From Eledone cirrhosa (lineage: Eukaryota): a stretch of DNA of 64,000 nt. The translations under genes were made by a program, and so were the position numbers. This document shows, piece by piece, positions 29,429 to 43,721 of this stretch. Location: the NCBI GenBank assembly GCA_964016885.1, contig OZ024747.1, positions 57,846,001-57,910,000 of the forward strand, written 5' to 3'. Every line of letters begins with the position of its first letter. The first letter of the stretch is position 1. A model generated the notes under the pieces. That model saw only the letters and a program-made list of their open reading frames with translations. It was not told the DNA's origin and searched no databases.

Positions 29429-30764
29429 CACATGTGTGTGTGTTTGTGTGGGAGTGTGTGCCAGCCATGCCTTAGCTAACTGTCTCACAATATCGATTAC
29501 ATTTTAAAATGAAAATCAAATAGTATAACAATGTTTCGCTAAATGAGGGAGAGAAAAATAACGATGATAAGTGGAGCATTCGGCTTTTATAGATCAGTGT
29601 CCTATTATCTTGATCAGTTATGCATCATTTTTCAGGTGTTCTGCAAAATTTATGAAGTGTATTTCATGACGGATCATAGATGTGTGTATACTAATCACGT
29701 TGTATAAAACAGGATATTTAAATTGCCTGTGGTTTGGATCAATATGAAACACTTGAACCAAGTTGTACATCATGGATTTATATCTCTAGGGGACATTAAG
29801 CAACAATGTGAGGTATATGTCACATGGCACTTGTTAAAACGAGAAAATCTCCAGAATGTTTACATCACAGGTCAAGGAATTCTTCAACTGTGACTGCCAT
29901 TTGTCCATAGGTTCACTGTTGAGATTTGGAAGTAATTTAAAGACTTTATTAACAATAGCAAACATTTAAACATCGAAAACTAAAATACGAAGCTAAAACT
30001 ATCGGTCCATATTATCGATCATCTTCACAGCATTAACATTAGTGTATAATGGTGATTTCCCTGAAGCGTTAGTGCGTCTAATTTACTTGTCACGCGGTAT
30101 TTGTTCTGGTTCTCTAAAATCACGTCAATTTCAAATTTGCCTTTCATCATTTCGCGGTTGATAAATAATAAATAGTCCAGGGTGTTGGATCGGTGGAATA
30201 CTTTAGCTGTTGGACGGAATAATTTGTGGTATACATACCTTCTGGTGTTTTGCTCTCCGAATGCAAATTCCGTATCCTGTCTCGGTCAGTGTACACGTGT
30301 AGCTCTAACGCCAGCATATATGCTTCTTTTGGTCAGACTTGGCATCATTTCGGAGCAACTGAAATGTGTTGGCTCTTATATTATTGCAATATTTTAGAGG
30401 AAATATATTGATAAATATGTTGTCAAGCAGAATGTTAGATAACACTGTAATAATCACTAAATATATGTAGATTGTCATACATTATATTTTCCTGTATATA
30501 AACTAGGAAATATGTTAGTCTATTGTCACACAAATGATATAGAGTTTGGAAGTTTTGCATTTTAATAATGCTAAAGTGGGAATATGACTGGAATAATTTC
30601 TCCTCAAAAGAGTAATGCTGTTTTATTTTGTTTGAAGGAGTAGATTTAATTCAATATTTAGTGAAAACCTATATATATTTCTCAAACCTCTCTCACGCAC
30701 ACGCATTTTCTCCATATATATGTATATAATTGTATATAATATGCATATATATATATATATATAT

Positions 30765-30883
30765 GAAGGCGTGTGGCTGAGTGGTTAGAGAATTGGATTC
30801 GCAATCGTAAGGTTGTGAGTTCGATTCCTGGACAGGGCGATGCGTTATGTCCTTGAGCAAGACACTTTATTTCACGTTGCTCC
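30765..30883 (+). mobile_element. SINE family 2, 5' part
   Basis: Box A TGGCTGAGTGG, box B GAGTTCGATTCC, then CCTTGAGCAAGACACTT. Confidence 0.8.
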
Positions 30884-30983
30884 TTCTACCTGGAGTTGCG
30901 ACCGATAGATAGTATTAGCAATTGGAAAGACCAACGGAAACATTGTTTCGTCGGTCCGATTTGACGAAAGTCGATCGTCTTTC

Positions 30984-31042
<59 letters not shown>

Positions 31043-32975
31043 GAAATAAAATAACAGGAGGCTGGACAGGTGAAAATCCTTGAAAGGTTTATTATACTAT
31101 GATCATTTCAATGACCGGATTCCATATGAATCCGGTGATATCATCAGGTATTGGAATATAACAAAGGAATATGTAAAAAAAACCATGGGTCCGAAGAATC
31201 AGAGACAGAGAGGACGACAGACAACCAGCTTCTCGGCCAGTCGCCCTCAAAGTGTTGGCACCTGAAGCTACTAATGAATATCTGGTGAGGGGGCGAAGGC
31301 TTATAATGCACTACCACCACTCCGCCAAAGAATAAGGGGAAGAAAGAAAGGGAGAAAGAATTGTAGTGTAAGGGTCATACTACATTCATGCTAGAAAATG
31401 CCGCGAAAAAATGCTACCCCAAAGAATCTATAATGGGTGTCTGTATGGTCTAATGTGTGAACCGAAGATTGGAACGTTAAACTTATGTTGCGAGTTATAG
31501 GCTGAATTGAATTAAATTAAAAATATTAAATTGAAAAATAAGTTATTAGAGAATTAAAGATTAAGGTAGCGAGATTTATTTATAAAATGAACTTACGGAG
31601 AGAATCTTATATGAAAAAATTTATCTCGATAAGATATTAGGATGGGATATAGAGTAAAGATTTCGAATGGGATCCCAGCCAGCACCCCCCCTACACACAC
31701 ACACCATGAGTCAGCCAGTCTCGAGTGGTATCATCCAGCGAAAGAAATGGAAATTAATTTTTCCGAGTACTCTAGGAAAGTAGGGCTTTCATAGCCACCT
31801 AAGAATCACATTACTTATAACCCTGACTAACTGGAATTTTAAAATAATTTTGGTCTATTTGCACTTTTCATTGGGTTGCTACGACTTGTGTGGTGGCTTT
31901 TTCCTTGCTGCGCTTGTCACTCGGAAAATTCAGCCTCCCTTGAGTGCTCGGAAAAATAAATTTCTCCTGTTTCGGTAAACGAAATTACTCGGAGCGGATT
32001 GCTTTGTCCCGGTCCCACCGCGCCGCCTGTTTTGGCCGCCACATTATACTTGTACCTATACACTCCAGGTTTAGGAATAACTATTAGCTGTATCATGCCT
32101 CTACTGGCACGTAAATAAACCCCTCATGTGGGATTTAATAGTATTCGTTTGGTATAGACGATGGCCTGTCGAAATTGTGGAGTTCCCGCTAGCGCTCCCG
32201 GAGCCTAAGGTAGCTACGTTCCTGGAGTACTCGGAACAATTAATTTCCATTTCTTTCGCTGGACGATACCACTCGAGACTGGTTGATTCATGGTGTGGGG
32301 GTGTGCTGGCTGGGACTCCCATTCGAAATCTTTACTCTATATCCCATCCTAATATCTTATCGAGATAAATCTTTTCATATAAGATTCTCTCTGTAAGTTC
32401 ATTTTATAAATAAATCTCGCTACCTTAATCTTTAATTCACTAATAACTTATTTTTCAATTTATCATTTTGCAATTTAATATTTTTAATATTTTTAATTTA
32501 ATTTAATTTCATCCTATAACTTGCAACATAAGTTTAACGTTCCAATCTTCGGTTCACACATTAGACCATACAGACACCCATTATAGATTCTTTGGGGTAG
32601 CATTTTTTCGCGGCATTTTCTAGTATGAATGTAGTATGACCCTTACACTACACTTCTTTCTCCCTTTCTTTCTTCCCCTTCTTCTTTGGCGGAGTGGTGG
32701 TAGTGCATTATAAGCCTTCGACCCCTCACCAGATATTCCTTATAAGCTTCAGTTGCCAACACTTTGAGGGCGACTGGCCGAGAAGCTGGTTGGTCAGTCG
32801 TCCTCTCTGTCTCTGTCTCTGATTCTTCGAACCCATGGTTTTTTACATATTCATTTGTTATATTCCAATACCTGATGATATCACTGGATTCATATGGAAC
32901 CCGGTCATTGAAATGATCATAGTATAATAAACCTTTCAAGGATTTACACCTGTCCAGCCTCCTGTTATTTTATTT
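31043..32975. mobile_element. 1.9-kb fold-back element: about 740-bp inverted arms, each ending in a hammerhead (31094-31151 minus; 32868-32925 plus)
   Basis: 31043-31783 is the reverse complement of about 32214-32975; ATAC-CTGATGA-long stem II-GAAA-TGATCA-TA-GTAT-AATAAA. Confidence 0.88.
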
Positions 32976-33124
32976 AATTTATAATTAACTCCGTATTCGC
33001 ACCACCGACTACACAAACGAAGATGGGTGAACTGCACTGCGTTGAGTACTCTTCACAATATTACACCAGGATTGACCATACGGAATGCCCAGTTCTATCC
33101 AGTGGTGAACCAACAAACCTAAAG

Positions 33125-33230
<106 letters not shown>

Positions 33231-33451
33231 CAAACGTAAACAGAAATAACAACATAATCGGTACAGTATATAGAAGGAATATATTAGGTTAACGCTTGAA
33301 ATAGCAGGAAGAGGGTCTTAACGTTTCGGACGCTAGTCCTTCATCAGAAGAAAGAATGAGAAATAAGATAGATTGAAGGGACGAGTGACGCGGAATTGGA
33401 AAATAATATCTTTAGATAGAAATAATAGGTTCATTCATGTTGACATCTCTT
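33231..33451 (-). mobile_element. Hammerhead element family A, copy 3 (HHR 33316-33351)
   Basis: Motif identical to 4463-4498. Confidence 0.85.
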
Positions 33452-33556
33452 GCAAAACTGTTGGTGCTGGCGTTTTGTGTATGATTTATGTTTTTAGAAA
33501 AGTTGATGATGGAGCGTGTCTACCTGAAATATACATACATATATACATATATATAC

Positions 33557-33717
<161 letters not shown>

Positions 33718-34064
33718 CAGAAGGGATATTCAATTTGGTGGTAATTAAACAAATATAAATGTTTATAATTGATTCAGAGTACTCTACACGTTTTCTGGAG
33801 TATAATATACAATGATATTAAATAAATGGAAACTATATTTATAAAACCATATTTATTCTATTATATATATTTCAAGGGTACCAAAATTTTGGTTCGCTAT
33901 CATCAGATAAAATACGAAATGTGTTTTATAAATTTTGACATAAGCAAGGAGAATATACCTTAACGGTTCAAGTTAAGGATAACTTGAACCATTAAGGTAT
34001 ATTTGGTACCCTTGAAATATATATAATAGAATAAATATGGTTTTATAAATATACTTTCCATTTA

Positions 34065-34071
<7 letters not shown>
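33718..34071 (-). mobile_element. Hammerhead element family C (HHR 33855-33913) with an inverted partial copy at 34003-34071
   Basis: Minus ATTTTAT-CTGATGA-stem II-GAAA-TATATA-TA-ATAGAAT; homologues at 40770-41047 and 41376-41612. Confidence 0.8.
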
Positions 34072-34100
<29 letters not shown>

Positions 34101-34197
34101 ATTTATCTACAATTTATCTATATGGTGCAGAATACTCACCATTATCCCCACAGCTCTGTTCTGTAAATAAATTAAGTTAGAGTTATTAATCTACATA

Positions 34198-34832
34198 AAA
34201 GCCATAATAATTGTTTCTACTTTGGGCACAAGGCCAGCAATTATCACAGTGCATTACTGGTACTTTATTTTATCGACCCCGTAAGGATGAAAGGCAAAGT
34301 CAACCTCGGCGGGATTTGAACTCAGATCGTAAAGGGACGTAACTATGCTGCAAAGCATGGCGTCCGACCCTCTACCGATACTGCCAATCCACCGCCATAA
34401 TAATAACAATCCAAAGCCATAATAATTGTTTCTACTTTAGGCACAAGGCCAGCAATTACCCAGTGCATTACTGGTACTTTATTTTATCGACCCCGTAAGG
34501 ATGAAAGGCAAAGTCAACCTCGGCGGGATTTGAACTCAGATCGTAAAGGGACGTAACTATGCTGCAAAGCATGGCGTCCGACCCTCTACCGATACTGCCA
34601 ATCCACCGCCATAATAATAACAATCCAAAGCCATAATAATTGTTTCTACTTTAGGCACAAGGCCAGCAATTACCCAGTGCATTACTGGTACTTTATTTTA
34701 TCGACCCCGTAAGGATGAAAGGCAAAGTCAACCTCGGCGGGATTTGAACTCAGAACATAAAGGGACGTAACTATGCTGGAAAGCATGGCGTCAAACCCTC
34801 TACCGATACTGCCAATCCAAAGCCATAATAAT
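34198..34832 (-). mobile_element. Three head-to-tail SINE family 1 copies (about 215-bp period)
   Basis: Near-identical units delimited by AAAGCCATAATAAT at about 34198, 34413, 34627 and 34819. Confidence 0.92.
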
Positions 34833-34919
34833 AACCACAAAACATAACAACTAGAGTAAGAACAATAACAACAACAAAAACAACAACAATAATAATAATA
34901 TGTATAATAATAATATGTT

Positions 34920-35390
34920 AGCAGGTGCACGTTTTGTGTCAGATATGGTCGAAAAGGCACATGGAACAAAAATAGGACCTATAAGTTGTGAGATTAGCAA
35001 AATTGGAAGAGTGGCAGAAAAGTTAATTGAAGGAATATGGTAAAATATGCTGACTGGAATGGGCGTACCATGTAAAAAAAATTAAAGATTCGGAAACAGA
35101 TATAAAATTGAAACAAAGAGTGAAAACATCAATCAGAAAAGATGAGCAATGTACAAACTAATACATCCAAAATAGAATGGTCCAATCGAATAAGAAAACA
35201 TGTTATACAAGACATTTGCTGGCAACGAGAGTCCCGATGCTGTACAACCGAAGGTGGATGAGAACAATGATACTGAGTAGCAGTAGGAGTGTAAGGGGAG
35301 GCACAATGAGACATCCAGCAACATAATTTGATAATAACAAGCGATATAATGACAAATCAGATGAAACATTGGCAAAATAGGAAACAAGTG
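34920..35390 (+). mobile_element. Possible highly degenerate R4/Dong-like ORF fragment
   Basis: Follows (TAA/CAA)n; LKQRVKT..QNRMVQSNKK loosely resembles LKQKVQV..ENKLFSSNAK of the 23-kb element. Confidence 0.35.
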
Positions 35391-36605
35391 TGTTTAAGGC
35401 AGTGCACGGACACTGGCTAAAGGGCTTTAGCAGTGCGTTCACTTGGAAAGGAGACACCTGCATGCTTGTGCGGGATTTTGTTCAGGCCTCCTGCGCCATG
35501 GAAAGGAACATTCCAGTTGCACAGACACGCACACATAAACACACACATAAACACACACACACACAGATACACCCACACATTCACAAAGGTTATGGAGGCT
35601 GAGATAGAGTGTGGAAAACTTGTTATTAACATCCTGACAAAAGAGTAATGAACATTCAACATTACAGTACACCCTCTGTATAATGACAGAAACCCGTACG
35701 ATAAACATGACAGGACAAAATATATTGCAGAGTGTATAAATTTATATCATGTGGTTTAAGGAGATTTTAGTGCTAACATTTCCTACATTTTGGCAGTAAA
35801 TCAACCCTCATTTACAAAATCTGGGAGTAGAACTGATATAAAATGAATGACGGAAAGACAGAGAAACACATAAAAATGTAAACTTGAGAGAAAAGCAGAA
35901 AGTAGAGAATTGCAGAAAAAAGCATTGTAGAATATGATAAATACTGTTTAAAAGTTAAATGTTTTTTATCAGATATAATATGGAACATGATAAATCTTTG
36001 GTAAATAATTGACAAAATGTTAATTACTTGAGATATTGAATATTGAATACCATCTGAAATTTTAAAACATTAGATGACAATGGAGTTATACCAAAATAAC
36101 ACCTGCATTTTTATTTTATTATAAATATAATTACGAAGTTGACATCGATTTAAACGACAAAGATTTTTGGAAAATGAATATTTTATGTATTCTTCCATCA
36201 TTCAACTATTTCACATAAAAAGCAAAACACGTGATTGAGAAAAAAACGTGCTTGATTATGATACATCGCTTACCTCATTACTAATCTATGGAAAAAAAAA
36301 ACTAACAAACAAATAAAACAAAAAAAATTGCACTTAGTTAACAATTACCTTCAATTTAGAAAAGAAGTTGTGCTTTGATGATTTACACTGTAATTAAGTT
36401 AAACCTGTTTTATCACTAATTATGAATTAATATGTAGAACATGTTCATACTAATTATACAAAAGCGATTAGAGCATCAAGCAAGGTTTTATTTCAGACAA
36501 TTTCAAGTCTTACCATTTCCCTATTGCGCGCAAAGTCGTCAATGAATAAATGAAAAATCAGAATTCGCATGATGTGCGTGAAGGATGCGACTTTATACAT
36601 ATACA

Positions 36606-36662
<57 letters not shown>

Positions 36663-36768
36663 TAAAATGTTATTTAAATAAATATTTGCTCTACGGTTCT
36701 TATATATTTGATATATATTTATCCTTATCGAGCCCTCTTTGGATTTTAGTCTTCAAATTTATTATTAT

Positions 36769-36833
<65 letters not shown>

Positions 36834-37730
36834 TACACACACTCACACACACGTGTGTGTATGAATAGATGAGACAAATGCGGTATTTAGTTACAATTTC
36901 CTCCGTTCTCAAATATCACCGAGGTCAATTTTGCCTTTCGTCCTTGCGAGGTCGATAAAATACTGTGGTTGATAAAATCGCCCTTTCCCTTTCGCGAAAT
37001 TGCTGACCACATGGAAAAGGTTAGAAAGAAAGAATTATTAATACTTTTACTGCAAATTTTAGCCTTGATATTTTATGATTTCATTATTTTATTCAAGAAA
37101 AAATAACATTTTTCGATAGCAATGTATAAATTATTCAATTCTACGTAATTCACAGTGACCAGCACCACAACAGTGCACTAGTTTTAAGGGCAAATGAATA
37201 TAAAACATTCCTTTCACTTTAATCACTGCAGCACGTTTGATTAAATATATTGAAGAAACAAAATATTTTCATTATAGCAATTCAACTTGTCGTCCTTCGT
37301 TTGAAGAAGAAAGCGCCTTTGTATTTAAAGAATCATTCAAAAGACTAAAAAGGGGAAAATCTATTTGGACATGCACGCAACGTATCAATTTCGTATTAGA
37401 TGGGTTTTGCAACCATATGTTGCATGACTTCATTACAATGTTGTTTTAGGCAAGAACAACAGACATAGAAAATGTAAAAGTAAATAACTGAAGAGCCAAA
37501 GCAATATGATAACGTTGTTCGTAATTTAGATGTGTGACGCAAGAAATAACGTCAGCTTTCATTCTTAATCCGTGTAGATATGCTTTTGTATTGATTCCTT
37601 TAAACGATGAATTATTTAGTTGTTTTAATCCCAAGTCAACCTTCAATAAGCAAGCCAAATATTCAATAATGCTGCAACATCAAACCTCTTGTTGTTTTTC
37701 AGATATATGGTTTATAGAGTTACAGTAATA

Positions 37731-37836
37731 ATTATTTCTACTTTTGGCACAAGGACAGCAATTAGCCCAGTGTATTACTGGTACTTTATTTTATCGACTC
37801 AGTAAGGATGAAAGGCAAAGTTAACCTCGGCGGGAT
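37731..37836 (-). mobile_element. SINE family 1, 5'-truncated
   Basis: Core and 3' end match 8767-8870. Confidence 0.8.
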
Positions 37837-38996
37837 TAATAATAAGTGTTTCTCATCTTTTTGTTTACTTTTTCTAAAAAGTAAATTATTGTAATGTGTG
37901 ATTCGAGCTGCTATTTTCTAATAAGTGAAGCGACCAGAAAGAAACCCAGATGCTGACTGCTGAAGTTTTTTAATGATAATATACAGGGGTGCGAAGGAGA
38001 ATGAAAATGTTGGACAAACAACATGAAGAATGGAACTGACGCCTAAACCCTATATCTGCTGTCTATGTTTGATGACAGACAGCACATATGGTTGCTGACT
38101 TCCAGAACGTCTAAAATGGCCCGCCATCAATTAATTGCGCCATAAGATATAATACAAATAACAAACAAATACAGTTAAGGTTGACTCTCCATGCGCAATT
38201 GAAGCTTATTTGATTAGTATTTAAATCACATACGCAACATTGGTTGTTTTGTTCTGAAAATGCACATATTAGGTTGTGAAAATTACAGAGTCCACTTTGC
38301 TATAAATATACCAAACTGGAGACGTGGGAAAGTCTATTGCTAGCTAGTTATAAATTATCGCTACTAATTTCGTCATAAATCTGCTCAATAATAGTTCAAA
38401 TTGGACTAACAAATCAACTAAGTCAACAATAAAAATGTTAGTTGAAGTTATTTATCAAAGAATATTTCTATCGTGATTAATACAATTATTTATTATTTAT
38501 TCGAATATTGATTCTTTTCCGATAAAAAATGTATATGACCCATATAAAATCAGGTAATAAGACCAAGCTATATCTAAAATATAGCACCACCCATACATCC
38601 AAGTAGTTAATATGCCAAGGTTAAGGGCTAAATTTAGGCCCAATTTCAAACTGCTTACTAAATATTTTCGCATCATCTTCCCAACCAATTCCTTTCTATG
38701 TCAGGATGAATTCCATGAAAATATGTTGTTTGTAGGCCTACCTATTCAGGCTGATGAAGTGCTGGTTGGAGAGTGCCCGAAATTGAGATATCAAAACGTC
38801 AGAAATGCTATCGTAAAGCATCTCATTTGGTATTCTATCTCTTCCACCGATTCAACGTCCTGGACTGGTACATTAATTATCGACCCTGAAAAGACAAAAG
38901 GGGAATATAATTCTAAAAAAATATTTTTACTCCGGCACTCTCCTTATTTGGCGCCTATTATAATAAATACTTTGTTAATCACTGTTGAATAGTTAC

Positions 38997-39186
38997 CGTG
39001 GATTGGCAGTATCGGTAGCGCGTCGGACACCATGCTTTGCAGCATAGAATTACGGTCCATTACGGTCTGAATTCAAATCCCGGCGAGGTTAACTTTACCT
39101 TTCATCCTTACGGGGTCGATGAAATAAAGTACCAGTAATGCACTGGAATAATTGCTGGCCTTGTGCCAAAAGTATAAGCAATTATT
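38997..39186 (+). mobile_element. SINE family 1, full length
   Basis: TGGCAGTATCGG...GAATTCAAATCC...GGGGTCGATGAAATAAAGTACCAG. Confidence 0.88.
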
Positions 39187-40718
39187 TATATATGGGATAC
39201 AGATATATACGTGAACAAATACTCCAGATGATACATTAAAAATAGCTAAACAAAATAAAAGAGCTAAACATTGAGATGAATATGCTTCCTTAAGATCGTA
39301 GGATTTACCAACTGGCTTACCATCCTCGATGTTCACACATTAATGAATTTCTGCCCTTGCGTTAAAGGGTTAATTCCTTTTGGGAAAGGAGAATATCACA
39401 AATATAAATAATTACTAAAGTGTGTGTTGCTACACACTTATTAAGAATAACTGGAATTATGAAATACTGAATTGTCTATTCTCCCAGAACAAGTATAAAA
39501 TAAATTTATCAACTGTGTGCTATACAAGTGCTTGGTCAGTAAACATTCTTGTTTACATTAATTTCTTTTCCATTCGTCCATGTTCCCCATTTCTATAATG
39601 TCTATATAATAAATGTGTGTAATATGTCATACTTATATTACACTTTCAATATAACACATCGCACTCTACATCTACCTTTCCACAAACGAATCTGATAAAT
39701 GATTTTATTTCACGCTCTTAGCATATAATCTAATGATTGTACAGATCTATTAACGGTTTTCAATCTGTAATATGAAACAAAGAACCAGTGGGCGTCTGTA
39801 TTTGATGTAATTTCTTCAGAGGGAAATATGGCAATTATTTTTCGAACAGATGTTAAGTAAACAGGAATATATGAAATCGTCTAATAAACGACAAAACACT
39901 GCAATCGTTAGAAACTGCTGGGATCTTGTGACAATATGTTCAATGAAAGATACATTTATTAATCATCTTTTCTTACATAATATGACAGAATCAACAGAAG
40001 TTCATATATCTGTTGTGTGTGTAAATTTCTCGCTTCGTTATCACGTAACCTGTCAATTTTTGACCGATTGCCGAGTGAATGGTATCTCACTATCTCACAT
40101 TTCTCATATTTCTTTCTGGCCTTCTGCATTCCTAGAATGCGATTCTTACCCTTCTTAGTCTCCTTCCTCTTTCAATGGACAAACAACTTTTTTTCTGACA
40201 CACTGCTGTAGTGTTAAAATCATAAAGATTTCCGTCTCCCCTTTCTAGATTACCAAAATAAAAACAAGTTCGCCTTCTTTCAGCGTTTTCCTAACTGAAC
40301 ATGTGTACGCGTTCTATTTACAGTAAAAAAATATAGTTTGTTCACATTTCATTTCTTTACTGGAGACGTCCGTTATAGAAAGGTTTAGTTGGTATCTCGT
40401 TTTCTTGACACCGTCTTGTTTCATTTCGTCAGGAGACTCTAGTATTCTGTATAAACGTCCTTTCTTTGTCTATCCGGCAGTAGCTAGTCATTTAAAAGCT
40501 ACTTCTGCAGCTGAGGTATCAATCCAACCTTTATGCATCGAAAGCGGACATTACGTAATATATCGTAACCTTGTTATATACATTGTAACGTTGCTGCGTA
40601 ACCTACATTTCGTTGGTGAAAACCTAAGCTTTGTTTACCACCTGCGGTCATTTTGCTATATTTGATTGAAAAGGTTCTCCGATTTTATGGCACATACACA
40701 CATAAACACATATATATC

Positions 40719-40769
<51 letters not shown>

Positions 40770-40772
<3 letters not shown>

Positions 40773-41047
40773 GAGGTTATATTTAATTTGTTGGGATTCA
40801 ACAAGCTTAAACATTTTTATAACTGATATAAAGCACTCAACATTTTAGTGGAGTAAATACACAATATATTAATAAATGGAAACTAAATTTATAAAACCAT
40901 ATTTATTTTATTATATATATTTCAAGGGCAACCAAGGCAAATTATTGTGCGCTTTCATCAGATAAAATACACATTTGTTTTATAAATAAATATTGACATA
41001 CCCGGAAAAAAGACAACCTTAACGGTTGGAGCTTCCTGGATAGTCTA
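40770..41047 (-). mobile_element. Hammerhead element family C (HHR 40905-40968)
   Basis: Minus ATTTTAT-CTGATGA-AAG...CTT-GAAA-TATATA-TA-ATAAAAT. Confidence 0.8.
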
Positions 41048-41375
41048 CTATATATATATAGCACATCAGGATCATACCAGATTTAAACTAGTAAGACTTC
41101 TATCCAGCAGAGTACTCGATATTTGAGATAGTAGAGAGGATGTCTGTAATATATATAATGGTACATTCTGTGTTCAACATTACCTTATTAGCTTTCTGGT
41201 TGCTAGAATTAATCGATAAACACTTGAGTGGGCAGGGATGAGCATTCGATGTTTATACTAGTTAAAACTGTTTCAAGAGATGGTAGTTGAGGATTACATA
41301 ACTTATGCCGCCGAAACACGTATAACAGTGATTATGTGATAAGCAGAATATGGCGATCTTTACTATATATATATG

Positions 41376-41611
41376 TAAAGTTCTATTTAAATTGTTGGGA
41401 TACAACTAGCAAATATTATTAAAAAAAACTATCCGGGAGTTTCCAACAGTAATGTTTGCATTCTTTAAGGGTATGGCAATATTTATTTATAAAACTGTTC
41501 TATATTTTATTTTATCTGATGAAAGCACACCATAATTTAACTTGGTGTCCTTGAAATATGTATAATGAAATAAATATGGTTTTATAAATATAGTTTCCAT
41601 TTATTAATATC

Positions 41612-41612
<1 letters not shown>
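41376..41612 (+). mobile_element. Hammerhead element family C (HHR 41509-41571) with a short inverted terminus at its 5' end
   Basis: ATTTTAT-CTGATGA-AAGcACACCA...TGGTGTcCTT-GAAA-TATGTA-TA-ATGAAAT; 41376-41415 resembles 40770-40810. Confidence 0.8.
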
Positions 41613-41665
<53 letters not shown>

Positions 41666-41803
41666 GTGTGCGTGCGTGTGTGTACACATATATGCATAAG
41701 CGCGCGCAAACCCAAACACACACGCACACACATATACATATATATATATAGTAAAGATTGCCGTTTGAGCACTCGATGCTCACGTAGAGCAGTGTATATT
41801 ATT

Positions 41804-42044
41804 ATAGATAACGAGGAATTGGGGATGCATCAAAACAGAATTTATTAACATGTTACATATGTTTCTCCGACGATCAGCTCAAGGCAGGATCTATTACAGA
41901 TCGAACCTGACTCTGCATTCGCAAGATCCTCAGATATGTTTTGCTCTTTCAAAGCATTTCATCCTGCCTTGAGCTGAACTTCGGAGAAACATATGTTGTA
42001 TGTTAATGAAATGTGTTTTGATGCAGCACTGATTCCTCGTTATC

Positions 42045-42046
<2 letters not shown>
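41804..42046 (-). mobile_element. Fold-back element with hammerhead 41847-41940 (minus)
   Basis: Arms 41804-41890 and 41961-42046; minus AACATAT-CTGAGGA-TCTTGCGA...TCGTCGGA-GAAA-CATATG-TA-ACATGTT. Confidence 0.75.
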
Positions 42047-42129
<83 letters not shown>

Positions 42130-42287
42130 AATATGATTATATATATATATATAGCATAAGCTAGGAATAACCAGCGTTAACTGATTCACAAACTAAAGAC
42201 AATTATATAATATATAACCATATTTACATGTGTATATATACGTATATATATATATATATATACAATATTTATATATATAATCATATT

Positions 42288-42334
<47 letters not shown>

Positions 42335-42400
42335 GCAAGTCTGAAGAACTATTAGATAAGATATATGTATATATTTATATATATATATATAATCATATTT

Positions 42401-42431
<31 letters not shown>

Positions 42432-42456
42432 CATATTTACATGTATATATATCTAT

Positions 42457-42487
<31 letters not shown>

Positions 42488-42488
42488 T

Positions 42489-43631
42489 GACAGGGCCTTT
42501 GACAGGGTTGATCATAACATTCTACTGAGAAAGCTGTCCAATATTGGTGTCACTGGAAAGCTGCTGCAGTCGATCAAGAGCTTCCTGTCAAACAGAACCC
42601 AACATGTTGTAGTTGAGGGAGTCAAATCAAGCCCAGCCAAAGTCAGTAGTGGAGTCCCACAAGGCACTGTGTTGGGCCCACTTCTCTTCATCATCTATAT
42701 TAATGACATCACTGACATCATCAAACACAGCAACATTAAAATTTTCGCTGATGATTCCAAGCTCCAAAAGGTCATCAATGGCGTGGATGACCGGATAAGC
42801 CTTCAGTCAGACCTACTGGCTGTTACCCAATGGGCAGAAAAGAACAACATGTTACTGAACGAAGACAAATTCGAACTGATCCACTTTGGAAAAGAGGATG
42901 CTCTGAAACTCCCGTACTCCCTTCCCTCCGGGGAAACTCTCGTGGCATCTAACAACATCAGAGACTTGGGAGTAACCGTGGACAGCAACATAAGCTGGAC
43001 CACGCATATAAGCAGCAAAGTTGACATGGCCCGCAGAATGTGTTCCTGGATCCTCAGAACCTTCCAGTCGAGAGATTCCCGCACCATTATCCTTCTCTTC
43101 TCTACTTTCGCCCGACCACACCTTGAATACTGTTGTCCACTGTGGTCTCCCCACACGAAACAAAGTATCATGAAACTTGAAGCTCCTCAAAGGGCAATCA
43201 CGAAAAAGATAGATGGCATGTCAGACCTTGACTACTGGGGTCGATTGGAAAACCTGAAACTTTACTCACTCCAACGTCGCCGTGAGCGTTATATTATCTG
43301 CATGATGTGGAAAATGTTCCATCATCACTGCCCAAATGATGTTGGCATCGCCTTCAAGATACACCCAAGGCTTGGGCCCCGTGCTATCCGTCCCATTCAA
43401 AAATCTAAATCGCAACTCATAACAACAATACGGCACAATTATTTCACCTCAATCGGCCCTGCTCTCTTCAACATCACACCAGGACACGTCAAAACAGAAA
43501 CTGACCACACAAAATTCAAGAAGTCTTTGGACAAATTCCTCCAAGTAATCCCGGACAAACCACCCACACCCGGATATGTCTCCGCAAACAGTAATTCTCT
43601 TCTCGAATGGGCCATGGTGCCCAAATCCTGA
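42489..43631 (+). CDS. CR1-like LINE ORF2, 5'-truncated but uninterrupted (RT motifs to C-terminus); element ends about 43720
   Basis: [50 protein letters not shown]; no stops in 380 codons; TTCAAAGTTA tail repeats. Confidence 0.93.
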   Translation, partial: DRAFDRVDHNILLRKLSNIGVTGKLLQSIKSFLSNRTQHVVVEGVKSSPAKVSSGVPQGTVLGPLLFIIYINDITDIIKHSNIKIFADDSKLQKVINGVDDRISLQSDLLAVTQWAEKNNMLLNEDKFELIHFGKEDALKLPYSLPSGETLVASNNIRDLGVTVDSNISWTTHISSKVDMARRMCSWILRTFQSRDSRTIILLFSTFARPHLEYCCPLWSPHTKQSIMKLEAPQRAITKKIDGMSDLDYWGRLENLKLYSLQRRRERYIICMMWKMFHHHCPNDVGIAFKIHPRLGPRAIRPIQKSKSQLITTIRHNYFTSIGPALFNITPGHVKTETDHTKFKKSLDKFLQVIPDKPPTPGYVSANSNSLLEWAMVPKS

Positions 43632-43721
43632 ATTGAAAGACTTCGCCAGGTGGTGCTATTAAGTTAGACATGGCCTGGGCCAATACTGGCCAAAACATTT
43701 CAAAGTTATTCAAAGTTATAT

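Noticed and set aside
30765-30840. tRNA gene
   Set aside because: Boxes A and B continue into a SINE body shared with 2880-3160; no proper acceptor stem
33495-33540. TTGATGA...GAAATATACATA
   Set aside because: No stem I, and the 3' part merges into a microsatellite
41284-41326. Hammerhead candidate TTGAGGA...CGAAACACGTA
   Set aside because: Stem I and the base of stem II do not pair; at best a decayed copy, not counted
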